Of a stretch of 64,000 nucleotides of DNA, positions 28,824 to 39,115 are shown piece by piece. The position numbers and the translations under genes were made by a program. Below the pieces are notes generated by a model, which did not search any database, was not told where the DNA came from, and saw only the letters and a list, made by a program, of their open reading frames with translations. Within the stretch, counting starts at the first letter, position 1; each line of letters opens with the position of its first letter. Origin of the DNA: Deltaproteobacteria bacterium (GTDB lineage Bacteria > Myxococcota > JACRCW01); assembly GCA_016218805.1 (NCBI GenBank), contig JACRCW010000071.1, positions 1 through 64,000 of the forward strand. Reading direction: 5' to 3'.

Positions 28824-31192
28824 GCGGACGCGCACCGCCGACGGCGCAGGGCCAGCAGCCCGGCCAGTCCCAGCAGCATCCACCCCGGCCGCGACGTCCC
28901 CGCCATGCACCCGCACCCCCGCGGCGGTGCATCACCCGTATTCCCGCCGGACACCGCGGACACCGCAGCGGACGTGCCGGCCGCGGCGGATGACGCCGTG
29001 CTGGACGACGCCAGGAGCGCGGAGGAGGGCGCGGGCAGGCTGGTGTTGGCCGCCGTGGAGGTGGCCGGCGCGGCGCTGGAGGACGCGCCCGCCGAGGATG
29101 ATGACGTGGGCGCGGCGCCAGCGTCCGGGAGGGGCGGCAGCGCGTCCACCGCCAGGTCCAGGCGCAGGTCAAACGACATGTCCGACGAGGTGCCGTTGGC
29201 CTGCTTCACCATGACCGCGATGACGTTGTCACCCTCCACGAACAGCGCGGGCGGAATGGCCACGTTCCACGTGGCGTTGTCCGCGCTGGTGGTGCCGCCG
29301 TAGGCCGCGTGTCCGGTGCCGTTGGTCATTCCCACCGAGTCCACCAACGTGCCGTTCACCCACAGCCCCATGGCGTCGTCATACGTGGCGGTGGCGTTGG
29401 CCGCGGTGACGCGGCGGCCCACGTGGAGCGTGCGGCGGAAGTAGACGCTGGGCTGGGCCGGGGTGGTGGCGGAGAAGCGCGTGGCCTCGTCCCCGTCACC
29501 GTAGCCCAGCTGCGCCGGGCCTTCCGCCCAGCTCCCGTCGTCATGGGCCGGGTCCTTCCAGGTGCTGCCGGGATCCGTGCCGTCCACGTGGTAGCGCCAC
29601 GGTGACCCGTGGGGGATGGCGGCCAGCGTGACGGCGCCGTCAGCGAGCGTGAAGCGCCCGTGGCTGACGTCCCGCACCGCGCTGTCCGTGGCGCTGCGCA
29701 CGCGCACGCGCCCCTGGCTGGTGGGCGTTCGCGGCAACGCCCAGTGCCAGCGGCCGGTGTTGAGGAGGTCCGTGACCAGCGGCCTCCAGGAGGCGCCGTC
29801 GTCATCAGACCAGTCCAGCGCAACCCGCGCGATGGTGCCCGCGGTGGACCAGCGGATGTCCGTCTCACCGCCGGCCAGCAGCGTCTCTCCGCCCACCGGG
29901 TGGGCCAGCACCAGCCCGTCACCCTTCACCAGCGCCACGCGGTCCGTGATGGCGCCGTCTTCGCGGATGTTGAACAGGACAACGTGGTTGCCGTCCACGT
30001 CCAGCACCGCGCTGCCCCAGCGCATCTCCGTGAACGCCATCAACGGGTGCACGGCCGACTGTCCCAGCCCCGCGCCGCCGTGGCCGGCCACGACGTGGAC
30101 GGTCCCGCTGCGCGCGGTAACGCCCGCCGGCTTCACGTACGGGCCCACGCCGTCCGGGCGGCCGTGCCGCGCATCCTTCAGGTGGCCGGCGGCCGTGGTG
30201 GGCGTGTCATACGCGCCGTCCACCAGCAGGGAGCGTTCATAGATGTGGCTGTGGCCGGTGAGGACCAGGTCCACGCCCGCGGCCTCCAGGATGGGGAGCG
30301 CGTTCTCCCGCATCTGGATGAGCTCCGTCTCCGTGTCCGAGTTGTGCGACCCCTTGGTGTAGGCCGGGTGGTGCCACATGGCGATGATCCACGGCTGCGT
30401 GGTGGCGGCGAGGTCCGACTGCAGCCACGTCAGCATGGCGCCCCCCGTGGTGCGCGGGCTTTCATAGGAATCCAGCACCACAAAGTGCACGTTGGCGTGG
30501 TCAAACGCGTAGTAGGCCTCCGTTCCCGACGGGAGCCCGCCGGCCTCGCCGGCGCGGGGGAGGACGTAGGCCTCGTAGTAGGGACCGGATTCGGTGGCGC
30601 TGTCCGACGTGTGGCCCTCATGGTTGCCCAGGGCGGTCCACAGCAGCGTGCGGCGCAGGATGCCCGCGTACGGGGCAAAGAAGCGCCCGGTGAACTGCGC
30701 CGTGGTGCCGTCGTTGTAGGCCATGTCACCCACGTGGAGGAACAGCTGTGGCAGGTCAGGCCCCAGGGCGGTGAGCATGGCGTCCCGCACGCGGTCCTGG
30801 TTGGCGTTGCCGGTGCCGGAGTCACCCAGGACCCAGGCGCGGAACGGGAGTGCCGTGCCGGTCACCGGCGGCGTGGTGAACACGTGCGTGTCGTCGGGTC
30901 CCTCCCACGCCTGCGCCGTGCTGCCCACGGAATAGAAGTAGCGCGTGTTGGGCGTCAGGCCGCCCAGGCGCACCGCGTGGCGCGCGGTCACCGCGCTGTC
31001 CGTGGCGGAGAGCGGCTGCGCCCCCACGGAGGTTCCCGCGGTGACGCGCCCGTCGGCGGCGGCCGCGGACTCCCAGACCACCACCACGGAGTCGGGCGTG
31101 GCGGACTGCAGGTAGGGCGGGCGCACCAGCTGCATGGGCACCAGGCTGCTCCACGTCATCACGGCGGCCACCGCAAGGGTCACACCCATCAT
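28796..31192 (-). CDS. secreted purple-acid-phosphatase-type metallophosphoesterase with FN3/accessory domains and MYXO-CTERM-like anchor
   Basis: GDSG, GDMAY, GNHE, WHH and GHSH ligands; Ser/Ala linker; GCGC...WMLLGLAGLLALRRRR. Confidence 0.92.
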   Translation of the reverse strand: MMGVTLAVAAVMTWSSLVPMQLVRPPYLQSATPDSVVVVWESAAAADGRVTAGTSVGAQPLSATDSAVTARHAVRLGGLTPNTRYFYSVGSTAQAWEGPDDTHVFTTPPVTGTALPFRAWVLGDSGTGNANQDRVRDAMLTALGPDLPQLFLHVGDMAYNDGTTAQFTGRFFAPYAGILRRTLLWTALGNHEGHTSDSATESGPYYEAYVLPRAGEAGGLPSGTEAYYAFDHANVHFVVLDSYESPRTTGGAMLTWLQSDLAATTQPWIIAMWHHPAYTKGSHNSDTETELIQMRENALPILEAAGVDLVLTGHSHIYERSLLVDGAYDTPTTAAGHLKDARHGRPDGVGPYVKPAGVTARSGTVHVVAGHGGAGLGQSAVHPLMAFTEMRWGSAVLDVDGNHVVLFNIREDGAITDRVALVKGDGLVLAHPVGGETLLAGGETDIRWSTAGTIARVALDWSDDDGASWRPLVTDLLNTGRWHWALPRTPTSQGRVRVRSATDSAVRDVSHGRFTLADGAVTLAAIPHGSPWRYHVDGTDPGSTWKDPAHDDGSWAEGPAQLGYGDGDEATRFSATTPAQPSVYFRRTLHVGRRVTAANATATYDDAMGLWVNGTLVDSVGMTNGTGHAAYGGTTSADNATWNVAIPPALFVEGDNVIAVMVKQANGTSSDMSFDLRLDLAVDALPPLPDAGAAPTSSSSAGASSSAAPATSTAANTSLPAPSSALLASSSTASSAAAGTSAAVSAVSGGNTGDAPPRGCGCMAGTSRPGWMLLGLAGLLALRRRRCASAQKLEERCR

Positions 31193-32091
31193 TCACCTCC
31201 CAGGTCCCGGGCCAGCTCCGCCACGCCGGGCAGCCGCGGTGCCGCCGTGCGTGCGCGTTCCAGCGCGGCGCGGGCTTCCGTGACGCGGCCGGCAGCGTGC
31301 AGCGCCCGTGCGTGCTGCAGTTGGTTCAACGCGGTGGGGCGCGCCGCGGCGGCACGGGACGCGTCGTCCACCGCCAGGGCCCGCTCCGCCTGGGCCTGGC
31401 GCGTTGCACCGCGCGCCGCCAGCACGTCCGCGCGGAGCAGGCGCCACTCCACCGGGTTGCGAGCGCGCTCCATGGGAAGGTCCAGGTGCGCCAGCGCTTC
31501 GTCAAAGCGGCCGGCGGCCACGTCAAGCCGCACGCACCGGGTCACCAGCACGGGGGCCGCGCCCGCCCGGCGCAGTGCGTTGTGGCAGGTGGCGGACGCG
31601 TCCTGGGGCCGCCCTGCCGCCTGCTGGAGACGGGACAGTTCCACGGCCGCGTCGACATCCGGTCCCCGCTCCAGGATCCGCGCCAGGTCCGCTTCCGCAC
31701 CCGCGTGGGCCTGCCGCGCCGCCAGGATTTGCGCCCGCGCGCGCAGCGCCTCGGTGGAAAGCGTCACGGCACGCGCCCACGCGGCCAGCGCGGCCCCGTG
31801 GTTTCCGGTGGCGGCTTCCAGCAGTCCCAGCTCATCCAGCGCGGCGGCTGCCGCAGGGTCATGCCCCAGCGCCAGCGCCAGGTCCGCGCGCGCCGGGTCC
31901 CACTGCGCGCTCAGACGCCGCGCCCGCGCGCGTTCCATCAGCAGCGGGACGTCCGCCGCCGTCCCCGTGAGCCGGTGGGACAGCGCGGTCACGCGCTCAG
32001 ACGTGGAAGGGTGCGCCGGGGCCGGCGCTGGCCGGTGCACCAGCAGGACCGCCAGGCAGGCACCCGCGGCCGCGCCGGGCCCTCGGGTCAC
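31189..32091 (-). CDS. secreted TPR-repeat protein
   Basis: Signal-like N-terminus and Ala/Leu-rich helical TPR pattern; 4-bp overlaps with both neighbours. Confidence 0.75.
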   Translation of the reverse strand: MTRGPGAAAGACLAVLLVHRPAPAPAHPSTSERVTALSHRLTGTAADVPLLMERARARRLSAQWDPARADLALALGHDPAAAAALDELGLLEAATGNHGAALAAWARAVTLSTEALRARAQILAARQAHAGAEADLARILERGPDVDAAVELSRLQQAAGRPQDASATCHNALRRAGAAPVLVTRCVRLDVAAGRFDEALAHLDLPMERARNPVEWRLLRADVLAARGATRQAQAERALAVDDASRAAAARPTALNQLQHARALHAAGRVTEARAALERARTAAPRLPGVAELARDLGGE

Positions 32092-34334
32092 CGCGCCACG
32101 CAGGACTTCCCGTCGTCAGAAACGCGGTAGCCCGGGTTGCAGATGCAGTTCTGGCCGTCCACCGTGGAGTTGTCCGGGCACGTGGTCCCGTTGCCCAGGA
32201 ATGAGGGCCGGATGAGGAAGTCCACGCCGCCCAGCTTCTCATCCTTTTGCAGCGTCACAAACGCGGGGGTGGCCAGGTCCGGGTACAGCCCCACGCCCTC
32301 ACCGTCATCCCAGCTGCCGTTGTTGTTGTCATCCGTGATGCCCACAATGAGGTAATCACCGGCTTTCAGCGGTTGGACCTTGTATTTGAAGTCGCTGTCC
32401 CGCTCGGCCAGCGCCACCGCGGACTCGCCGTTCTCATCCTTGGCAACCTCCAGGTCCTCACCGTTCTGCACCAGCGCGCCCACCACCGCTTCATTGATCT
32501 GCGGCTTCTTGCGGGACAGCGCCTCGTTGAACACCAGGTGCACGGAGCGGGCCTGCGTACCGTCGGTGAACACCAGCGTTCCTTCACCAAACGGAGTGGC
32601 GTTGCGGTCCGCCGCCACCGCCACGTTCACCGTGACGCTCTGGCGCGGCGCAAGATCCCCGTCCGCCGGGGCCGCCGTGAACAGCGACCCGCCATCCGTG
32701 AACGACGCGGTCCAGTGCAGCGCGGCGCCGCCGCTGTTGCGCACGGTGATGGCCACGGTGTTTTCGTCCTTGGGGAGGAACACGGAGGCGGGGGAGACGG
32801 ACAGGAAGGGCTGGTTGGCGTTGGTGCCCAGCTGCGCCACCACCGCGGCGGCGTCCACCAGGCCGGCGCCGCAGCCTTCCGTGCACGCATACTCGCCGCG
32901 CGCAGTGTCACGCAGCAGCTGCTCCGCGTCCGCGGCGCTGATGGACCGGTTGAGGCTCTTCATCAGCACCGCCAGGCCGGCAATGTGCGGCGCCGCCATG
33001 GAGGTGCCCTGCAGGAAGTCAAACGACGTGCGCACGGTGGACAGCACGCCGTCCGCGTAGCCGTCGCCGTCGCTGTCTTCGGCCATTTCACCGCCGGGGG
33101 CCATGATGTCCACCGCGCTGCCCCAGTTGCTGTAGCTGGCGCGCCCGCCGCCCAGGTTGGTGGCCCCCACCGTGATGGCCTGGGGCACGTTGGCCGGGAC
33201 AAACGTGTTGGCGTCCACGTTGTCATTCCCCGCCGCCACCACCACCAGGGCGCCCGCGGCCACCACCTCCGAGATGATGTCCTGGTAGGCGGTAGACGTC
33301 CCGGGACCGCCCAGCGACATGGACAGCACGTCCGCGGGGAACGCGTTGGGACTCACGCCTTCCACGGAGGTGCCCATGGCCCATTGCATGCCCGCAATGA
33401 TGTCAAAGGACGTCCCGCCGCCAATCCCCAGCGCGCGGATGGGCAGCACCCGGCCCGACCAGCTGACGCCCGCCACGCCCACGCCGTTGTCCGTGACCGC
33501 GCCCACCGTTCCCGCCACGTGCGTGCCGTGGAAGGACCCGCCGCCGGCGGCCTCGTCGCCCGGGTCGTCGGGATTGTCGTCGCGCCCGTCACCGTCGTTG
33601 GCAATGGCGGCGTCACTGATGAGGTCCGCCCCCTGGCCCAGCCGCCCGGTGATGTCCGCGTTGGACATGGACACGCCGGAGTCAATCACCGCCACCACCA
33701 CGCCGGGGTCACCGGTGGTCACGTCCCACGCGGCCGGCAGGTTCATCAGGTTGTAGTGCCACTGCAGGCTTGCGTATTCGTCATTGGGCACCGCCAGCGC
33801 GTGCAGCACGTGGTTCACCACCGCCCAGCGGACGTGCCGCGCGCCCTGCATGCGCTCCGCCGCCACGCGCGTCTGCGGGCCGTCCAAGAGCTTCCCGTCC
33901 GGGCCGTACACGCGCCACAGGCAGATCGTCTCGTCGTTGCACAGGCGCAGGCGCACCTCGCTGCCGGGGGAGAGCACCTCGCGCAGGGCGGCGTGCAGCT
34001 CACCTTCATGCGCGCGCTGTGACAGCGGACTGCGCACCATGACCTCGCCGGCGCGCCATTCCTCCGCCAGCGGGGCGTGCCGCTGCGGCGCCGGAGCGCG
34101 CTTGGGCAGGCGGGCGGTGCGGGCCGCCTCCAGCAGGTGGTTGAAGCCTTCGCGCATGCGGGGCGGAAGCATCACGCGCACCACCTGCCGTGCCAGCGCC
34201 GGGTCCGCCTGCCGCTGCGCCGACTGTCCGTTGCCACCGGCAAGCATCACCGTGCCGTAAAAGCCGGGGCCGTCCACCTTGCAGCCGGCAGCCCACACCA
34301 CCAGCACACCCGCACACCACGCGTGACTCCGCAT
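32088..34334 (-). CDS. S8 subtilisin-family serine peptidase (probable lipoprotein) with Ig/BACON-like domain and C-terminal EGF-like Cys motif
   Basis: VIDSG, HGTHVAG, AAGND and GTSMAAPH; lipobox WAAGC; tail CPDNS...CICNPGY....GKSC. Confidence 0.95.
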   Translation of the reverse strand: MRSHAWCAGVLVVWAAGCKVDGPGFYGTVMLAGGNGQSAQRQADPALARQVVRVMLPPRMREGFNHLLEAARTARLPKRAPAPQRHAPLAEEWRAGEVMVRSPLSQRAHEGELHAALREVLSPGSEVRLRLCNDETICLWRVYGPDGKLLDGPQTRVAAERMQGARHVRWAVVNHVLHALAVPNDEYASLQWHYNLMNLPAAWDVTTGDPGVVVAVIDSGVSMSNADITGRLGQGADLISDAAIANDGDGRDDNPDDPGDEAAGGGSFHGTHVAGTVGAVTDNGVGVAGVSWSGRVLPIRALGIGGGTSFDIIAGMQWAMGTSVEGVSPNAFPADVLSMSLGGPGTSTAYQDIISEVVAAGALVVVAAGNDNVDANTFVPANVPQAITVGATNLGGGRASYSNWGSAVDIMAPGGEMAEDSDGDGYADGVLSTVRTSFDFLQGTSMAAPHIAGLAVLMKSLNRSISAADAEQLLRDTARGEYACTEGCGAGLVDAAAVVAQLGTNANQPFLSVSPASVFLPKDENTVAITVRNSGGAALHWTASFTDGGSLFTAAPADGDLAPRQSVTVNVAVAADRNATPFGEGTLVFTDGTQARSVHLVFNEALSRKKPQINEAVVGALVQNGEDLEVAKDENGESAVALAERDSDFKYKVQPLKAGDYLIVGITDDNNNGSWDDGEGVGLYPDLATPAFVTLQKDEKLGGVDFLIRPSFLGNGTTCPDNSTVDGQNCICNPGYRVSDDGKSCVAR

Positions 34335-34471
34335 GCCATCCTCACCGGCACCGGGCCGCCTGGCCCGGCCGCACTGAACGAGACGCGCGGACGCTACACG
34401 GGGCCATCCGGCGTGGCGAGCGCGCTTGGGAGCCACCGCCCCGGCGTGGGATGGTGCGCGGGGGAGGCGGG

Positions 34472-35701
34472 ATGCGGGCCGTTCTGACGACGTGGTGCGC
34501 GGTGTGGACCCTGGCGGCGTGCGCCGCAACACGCCCGGCGGCGACGCGGGAGGCGCCCGCAGATGTGACGGTGGCGGACGGCCGCTGGCGGCTGCACGGG
34601 CGCGAGGCGGCGTCCCTGCGCCGCGAGCGGCTGGGTTCCCGGGTGCACCACGTGCGCCTGACGCCGCTGGCGGACGCGCCGGAGGTGGACCTGCCCGCGC
34701 TGGTGCCGCCCACCGTGGTGGCCGGGCCGCGCGGCACCACCGCGTACGTCAAGGTCCTGCTGGATGACGACGTGGTGGCGGAATGCGCGGTGCGCCCGGA
34801 CCGGCTGGACGCGGGGCACGCGCTGCAGCAGGCGTTTGCCGAAGTCACCGGCCGCGCCACCGTGGTGGACACGCACGCCACGCGCCTGGAGGTGCGCGTG
34901 GTGGCGGGCTGGCCGGTGGTGCTGGGCGCGGCGGAGTTCCTGGAGCGCGGCGGGCACTACGGTGCCGTGCGGCTGGCGGCGGCCAACGCGGCGGAGCGGG
35001 GCGTGTTCTGCTCCACGGAGGCGCGGGGCCACGCGCGCACGTTTGCCGCGCTGGTGGACGCGCTGGTCCGCGGCCTGGGCGGCGCGGGACCGGACGCGGC
35101 GCGCGTGTTCCACCGCCTGGAGGCGGCCGGGGGCTGGGCGGGGTTTGCGGACACGGAGCGGCGCACTCGGGAGGACGGTGCGCACGTGGAGGTCACGTTT
35201 GTGGCGCTGGTGCAGAGCGGGCTGCCGGTGATGCACGCGGTGGACGAGGCGTGGGTGGAGGTGGCCGGCCCCGACGGGGAGCTGCAGTTGGCCCGGTCAC
35301 TGCGCCGCGAGGCGGGCGCGGTGGTGCGGCACCAGAGCGTGGCCCACGTGCGCGGGCGGCTGCAGTGGCACGACGAGGAAAGCGGGGCCGCGCGGGACCT
35401 GGGCGCGCAGGCCCCGGCCAGCGCGCGTGCACTGCGCGCGGCGTACGCGCGCCTGGCGGCGGGTGAAGCCTCCCCCGGCGTGTTCCTGCGCTGGATGCCG
35501 GGGATGGATGCCACAGGGCTGGTGGAGGAGAGCCTGGCGCGCCGCGGGCGGGCCGGCCCCGGCGCCACCCTGCGGGCCACCCTGCAGGGCGCATCCGCGC
35601 GCGCCCACTGCGAGTTCGCCGTGGACCAGCACGGGGAGGTCACGCAGTCCCGCGTGGCGTGGGATGACGGCTGGCTCACGCTGGTGCGGCTGGGCCGGTG
35701 A
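34472..35701 (+). CDS. hypothetical lipoprotein
   Basis: LAAC lipobox; GGAGG RBS; coding-like codon usage. Confidence 0.7.
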   Translation: MRAVLTTWCAVWTLAACAATRPAATREAPADVTVADGRWRLHGREAASLRRERLGSRVHHVRLTPLADAPEVDLPALVPPTVVAGPRGTTAYVKVLLDDDVVAECAVRPDRLDAGHALQQAFAEVTGRATVVDTHATRLEVRVVAGWPVVLGAAEFLERGGHYGAVRLAAANAAERGVFCSTEARGHARTFAALVDALVRGLGGAGPDAARVFHRLEAAGGWAGFADTERRTREDGAHVEVTFVALVQSGLPVMHAVDEAWVEVAGPDGELQLARSLRREAGAVVRHQSVAHVRGRLQWHDEESGAARDLGAQAPASARALRAAYARLAAGEASPGVFLRWMPGMDATGLVEESLARRGRAGPGATLRATLQGASARAHCEFAVDQHGEVTQSRVAWDDGWLTLVRLGR

Positions 35702-35733
35702 CGCGGGGGGAGCGCGGCTGGTAGTCGCGCGCC

Positions 35734-36555
35734 ATGGCCGTCCTCATCTGCATCCCGTCGCGGCTGGGCTCCACCCGCCTTCCCCGCAAACCCCTGCTTC
35801 CCATCCATGGCCGCGCCCTGGTGCTGCACGTGCTGGACCGCGCGCGTGAATGCCGGCACCCCGCGCGCATGTGCGTGGCCACGGATTCGGACGAGATTGC
35901 CCGCGTGGTCCACGCCGGCGGCGGCGAAGCGGTGCTGACGGACAGCGCGCTGCCGTCCGGGACGGACCGGGTGGCGGCGGTGGCGCGCGCGGATGCGTCC
36001 CTGGCGGATGACGACGTGGTGCTCAACTTCCAGGGGGACCAGCCGCTGCTGCCCGGCCACGCGCTGACGCGGCTGCTGGAGGTCTTTGCGGACCGTGCGG
36101 TGGACATCGCCACGCTCATCTGCCCGCTGCCGCGCGAAGACCTGCACAACCCCAACACGGTGAAAGTGGTGACCGGCCGTGACGGGAATGCACTGTATTT
36201 CTCCCGCGCCACCATTCCGCACGCGCGTGACAACGAGCGGGCCGCCCAGGCGCGGTACGCGGCGCACATTGGCGTGTACGCGTACCGCAAGCGCGCGCTG
36301 GCCACGCTGGCGGCCACCCCGCCGTGCGCGCTGGAGGAGACGGAAGCGCTGGAACAGCTGCGCGCGCTGTGGCTGGGATTCCGCATCCGGTGCGTGGCGC
36401 TGCCCACGCCCGCGCCCTTTGAGATCAACACGCCGGAAGACCACGCGCGCGCGGAGGCGTTGTTTGCCCGGGCGGGCGGTGACGGCGCCCGCGCGTATGA
36501 GTTGTTGTGCACGGACGCGGGCGCCCGCCCGGTGCTGCCGTTTACGGGGAGCTGA
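35734..36555 (+). CDS. kdsB: 3-deoxy-manno-octulosonate cytidylyltransferase
   Basis: IPSRLGSTRLPRKPL, SGTDRV, NFQGDQP, ALYFSRATIP, HIGVYAY, EALEQLRAL. Confidence 0.96.
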   Translation: MAVLICIPSRLGSTRLPRKPLLPIHGRALVLHVLDRARECRHPARMCVATDSDEIARVVHAGGGEAVLTDSALPSGTDRVAAVARADASLADDDVVLNFQGDQPLLPGHALTRLLEVFADRAVDIATLICPLPREDLHNPNTVKVVTGRDGNALYFSRATIPHARDNERAAQARYAAHIGVYAYRKRALATLAATPPCALEETEALEQLRALWLGFRIRCVALPTPAPFEINTPEDHARAEALFARAGGDGARAYELLCTDAGARPVLPFTGS

Positions 36556-36656
36556 CGCGGACCCGCGGTCCCACCAAGCCACTTCCCTCGGGCAATGGGC
36601 AGCCCCTACCATGCGGATTGATCCCTATCAGGGCAGCGGCCGGGAGGAGCGGGGGA

Positions 36657-38108
36657 ATGGCGCAAGTGGTGCTCGCCCTGTGGGGCGCGGGGCTGGGCCT
36701 GCACGCGGTGCTGGCGGTGTGGGCCAACGGTCACGTCCTGCTCACCCGCCGCGAACCCACCGCCGCCATCCTCTGGCTCATTGTCATCACACTGGTGCCC
36801 GTGGCGGGGCCGGTGCTGTACGGGCTGGGCGGGCTGATGCGCGTGCGGCGGCGCCACCACCTCAAGGGCTCCCGCCGGGCGGTGCTCAAGGAGCGCTACG
36901 CATCCCTGGCGCTGGCGGAGGAGCGTCGGCGCCGCCACCTGGGCCAGGCGCCCGCCAACGTCCAGTTGCTCTCGGACGCGGTGGGCCGCATCAGCGGGCG
37001 GCCGTTGCTGACGGGCAACCGGCTGGACCTGCTGGTCAACGGCGAACAGGCCTACCCGCGCATGCTGGAGGCGATTGAGTCCGCGACCGCCACCGTGCAC
37101 CTGTTCTCGTACATCTACGACGAGGACGAGGTGGGCCGGCAGTTCACCGCGGCGCTGGCGGCGGCCGCGCGCCGCGGCGTGGAGGTGCGCCTGCTGGTGG
37201 ACGCCGTGGGCGCGCATGACACGGATGACGACCTGTTCCAGGACGCCCGGACGGCGGGCGCGAAGGTCGCGCGGTTCCGCCCGCTGCGCCTAACGCGCTG
37301 GCGGCGCGGGCTGCACTTCCGCAACCACCGCAAGATCCTCGTGGTGGACGGCCTGCTGGGGTTCACGGGCGGGATGAACATCTCTGAGCGCTACCTGGCG
37401 GACCGGCACGCCAACCCCGCGCGCTGCCGGGACTTCCAGGTGCGCGTGGAGGGACCGGTGGTGGGCCAGCTCCAGGAGGTGTTCATGGAGGACTGGTTTG
37501 ACGCCACCGGCGAAGAACTCCTGGCGGACCGGTACTATCCGCCCGCCTCCGCGGCGGGTGACGCGCTGTGCCGCGTGGTGACCAGCAGTCCCGTGGGTGA
37601 ATCCGAGCGCATCCAGGCCATCTTCTTCCAGGCGCTGTGCTGCGCGCGCGAGCGGCTGGAGATCATGACGCCGTACTTCATCCCGGACTCCGGCACGCTG
37701 GCCGGACTGCGCGGCGCCGTGCAGCGCGGTGTGCACGTGGACGTGCTGCTGCCAGGGATGGGGGACAGCCCGTTTGTGCAGCGCGCCGCGCTGGGCACGC
37801 TGCCGGAGGTGATGTCCTGGGGCGTCAACGTGTTCCTGCGGCAACCGCCGTTCATCCACGCCAAGGCGCTGGTGCTGGACCGCGCCTGGGCCATGGTGGG
37901 CAGCGCCAACTGGGACGCGCGCAGTTTCCGCTTCAATGATGAGTGCAACCTGGAGGTCATTGACCCGGCGTTCGCCGCGGCGCTGGAGTCCGCCATGGCG
38001 GCGGAACGGGGGGCGTCACGCCGCTACAGCGTGGACGAGTGGCACGCGCGCCCGCTGGGGGCCCGCTTGAGTGAGCGCATGGCGGCGCTGTTTGGTCCCA
38101 CGTTGTGA
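36657..38108 (+). CDS. cls: cardiolipin synthase (phospholipase D family)
   Basis: N-terminal TM pair; two HKD motifs RNHRKILVVDG and IHAKALVLD; TPYFIP. Confidence 0.93.
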   Translation: MAQVVLALWGAGLGLHAVLAVWANGHVLLTRREPTAAILWLIVITLVPVAGPVLYGLGGLMRVRRRHHLKGSRRAVLKERYASLALAEERRRRHLGQAPANVQLLSDAVGRISGRPLLTGNRLDLLVNGEQAYPRMLEAIESATATVHLFSYIYDEDEVGRQFTAALAAAARRGVEVRLLVDAVGAHDTDDDLFQDARTAGAKVARFRPLRLTRWRRGLHFRNHRKILVVDGLLGFTGGMNISERYLADRHANPARCRDFQVRVEGPVVGQLQEVFMEDWFDATGEELLADRYYPPASAAGDALCRVVTSSPVGESERIQAIFFQALCCARERLEIMTPYFIPDSGTLAGLRGAVQRGVHVDVLLPGMGDSPFVQRAALGTLPEVMSWGVNVFLRQPPFIHAKALVLDRAWAMVGSANWDARSFRFNDECNLEVIDPAFAAALESAMAAERGASRRYSVDEWHARPLGARLSERMAALFGPTL

Positions 38109-38114
38109 GGAGAG

Positions 38115-38738
38115 GTGATGATCCGCGAGACGTTTCCCGTTGGGCTGCTGGGCTGCAACTGCACCATCCTGGGTGACCCGGTCACGCACCGCGCCATTGT
38201 GGTGGATCCCGGTGGCGACGAGAACGTGATCCGCGCGGCGCTGGACCGCCATGGGCTCACCGTGACGGCGGTGCTGCACACGCACGCGCACATTGACCAT
38301 GTGGGCGCCACCGGCCCGCTGTGCCAGGCCACCGGTGCCCCGGCGTTCCTCCACCGCGACGACGCCGCGCTGTACGACCACGTGGACGCGCAGGCCATGA
38401 TGCTGGGTATGCCGGGTGTGGTTCGCCACGACATGCGGGACCTGGTGGAAGACGCCGCGCACGCGGCGGGCGCGGTGGAGATAGGCGTCCTGCACACGCC
38501 GGGTCACACCATGGGGTCATGCTGCTTTGTTGTGGGCGGGGAGAGAATCCTGCTCAGCGGGGACACGCTGTTTCGCCGGGGCGTGGGACGCACGGACCTG
38601 GGCGGGGATTGGGACGCGCTGGTGCGGTCCATCCGGGAGCGCGTGCTCACGCTGCCGGATGACACGTTGGTGATCCCCGGCCACGGCCCGGCCACCACCG
38701 TCGGCGAGGAGCGGCGGCACAACCCGTTCCTGCGGTGA
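38115..38738 (+). CDS. MBL-fold metallo-hydrolase (YcbL/glyoxalase II-like)
   Basis: THAHIDH, HTPGHT, SGDTLF, GRTDL, PGHGP, NPFL. Confidence 0.95.
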   Translation: MMIRETFPVGLLGCNCTILGDPVTHRAIVVDPGGDENVIRAALDRHGLTVTAVLHTHAHIDHVGATGPLCQATGAPAFLHRDDAALYDHVDAQAMMLGMPGVVRHDMRDLVEDAAHAAGAVEIGVLHTPGHTMGSCCFVVGGERILLSGDTLFRRGVGRTDLGGDWDALVRSIRERVLTLPDDTLVIPGHGPATTVGEERRHNPFLR

Positions 38739-38837
38739 GCACCTTGTCGGCGTTTCCCCCGTAGGCTTGGCGTCGCGGCTTCCGGAGGGAAGCCGTGACC
38801 GTCGTCAAATCCCGGTTGGACACCGTTACGCTGTACC
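38736..38837 (+). repeat. 102-bp direct repeat, copy 1 (intergenic region, RBS and first 14 codons of the DUF4139 gene; degenerate)
   Basis: Ungapped alignment to 40331-40432 with 13 mismatches by manual count (about 87%); encodes VTVVKSRLDTVTLY. Confidence 0.95.
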
Positions 38838-39115
38838 CGCATCACTTTCCGGTCAGCGTGACGGCGCCACCCCAGCCAGGCTCGGCCCGTGGTGAGGGAA
38901 TTCTCGGCACTGCTCGGGTCAGCAGCGCGCTTGGCTTGTCGGTGGCGTCCGTGGCCACGCGCGCGTCAAAACGTGCGAGCGCTTCTTCGTCGTCGTCATG
39001 AGCGTCTCGTGCGGGGGAGTCGGGCTGGATCGAAGAACCGGGGGTGGTCCGAGTTCCCACGTCCACTTCATCCCAGATTGCCCCTGTCCCGCGTTCCCCT
39101 CTACAGCCCCCCTCC

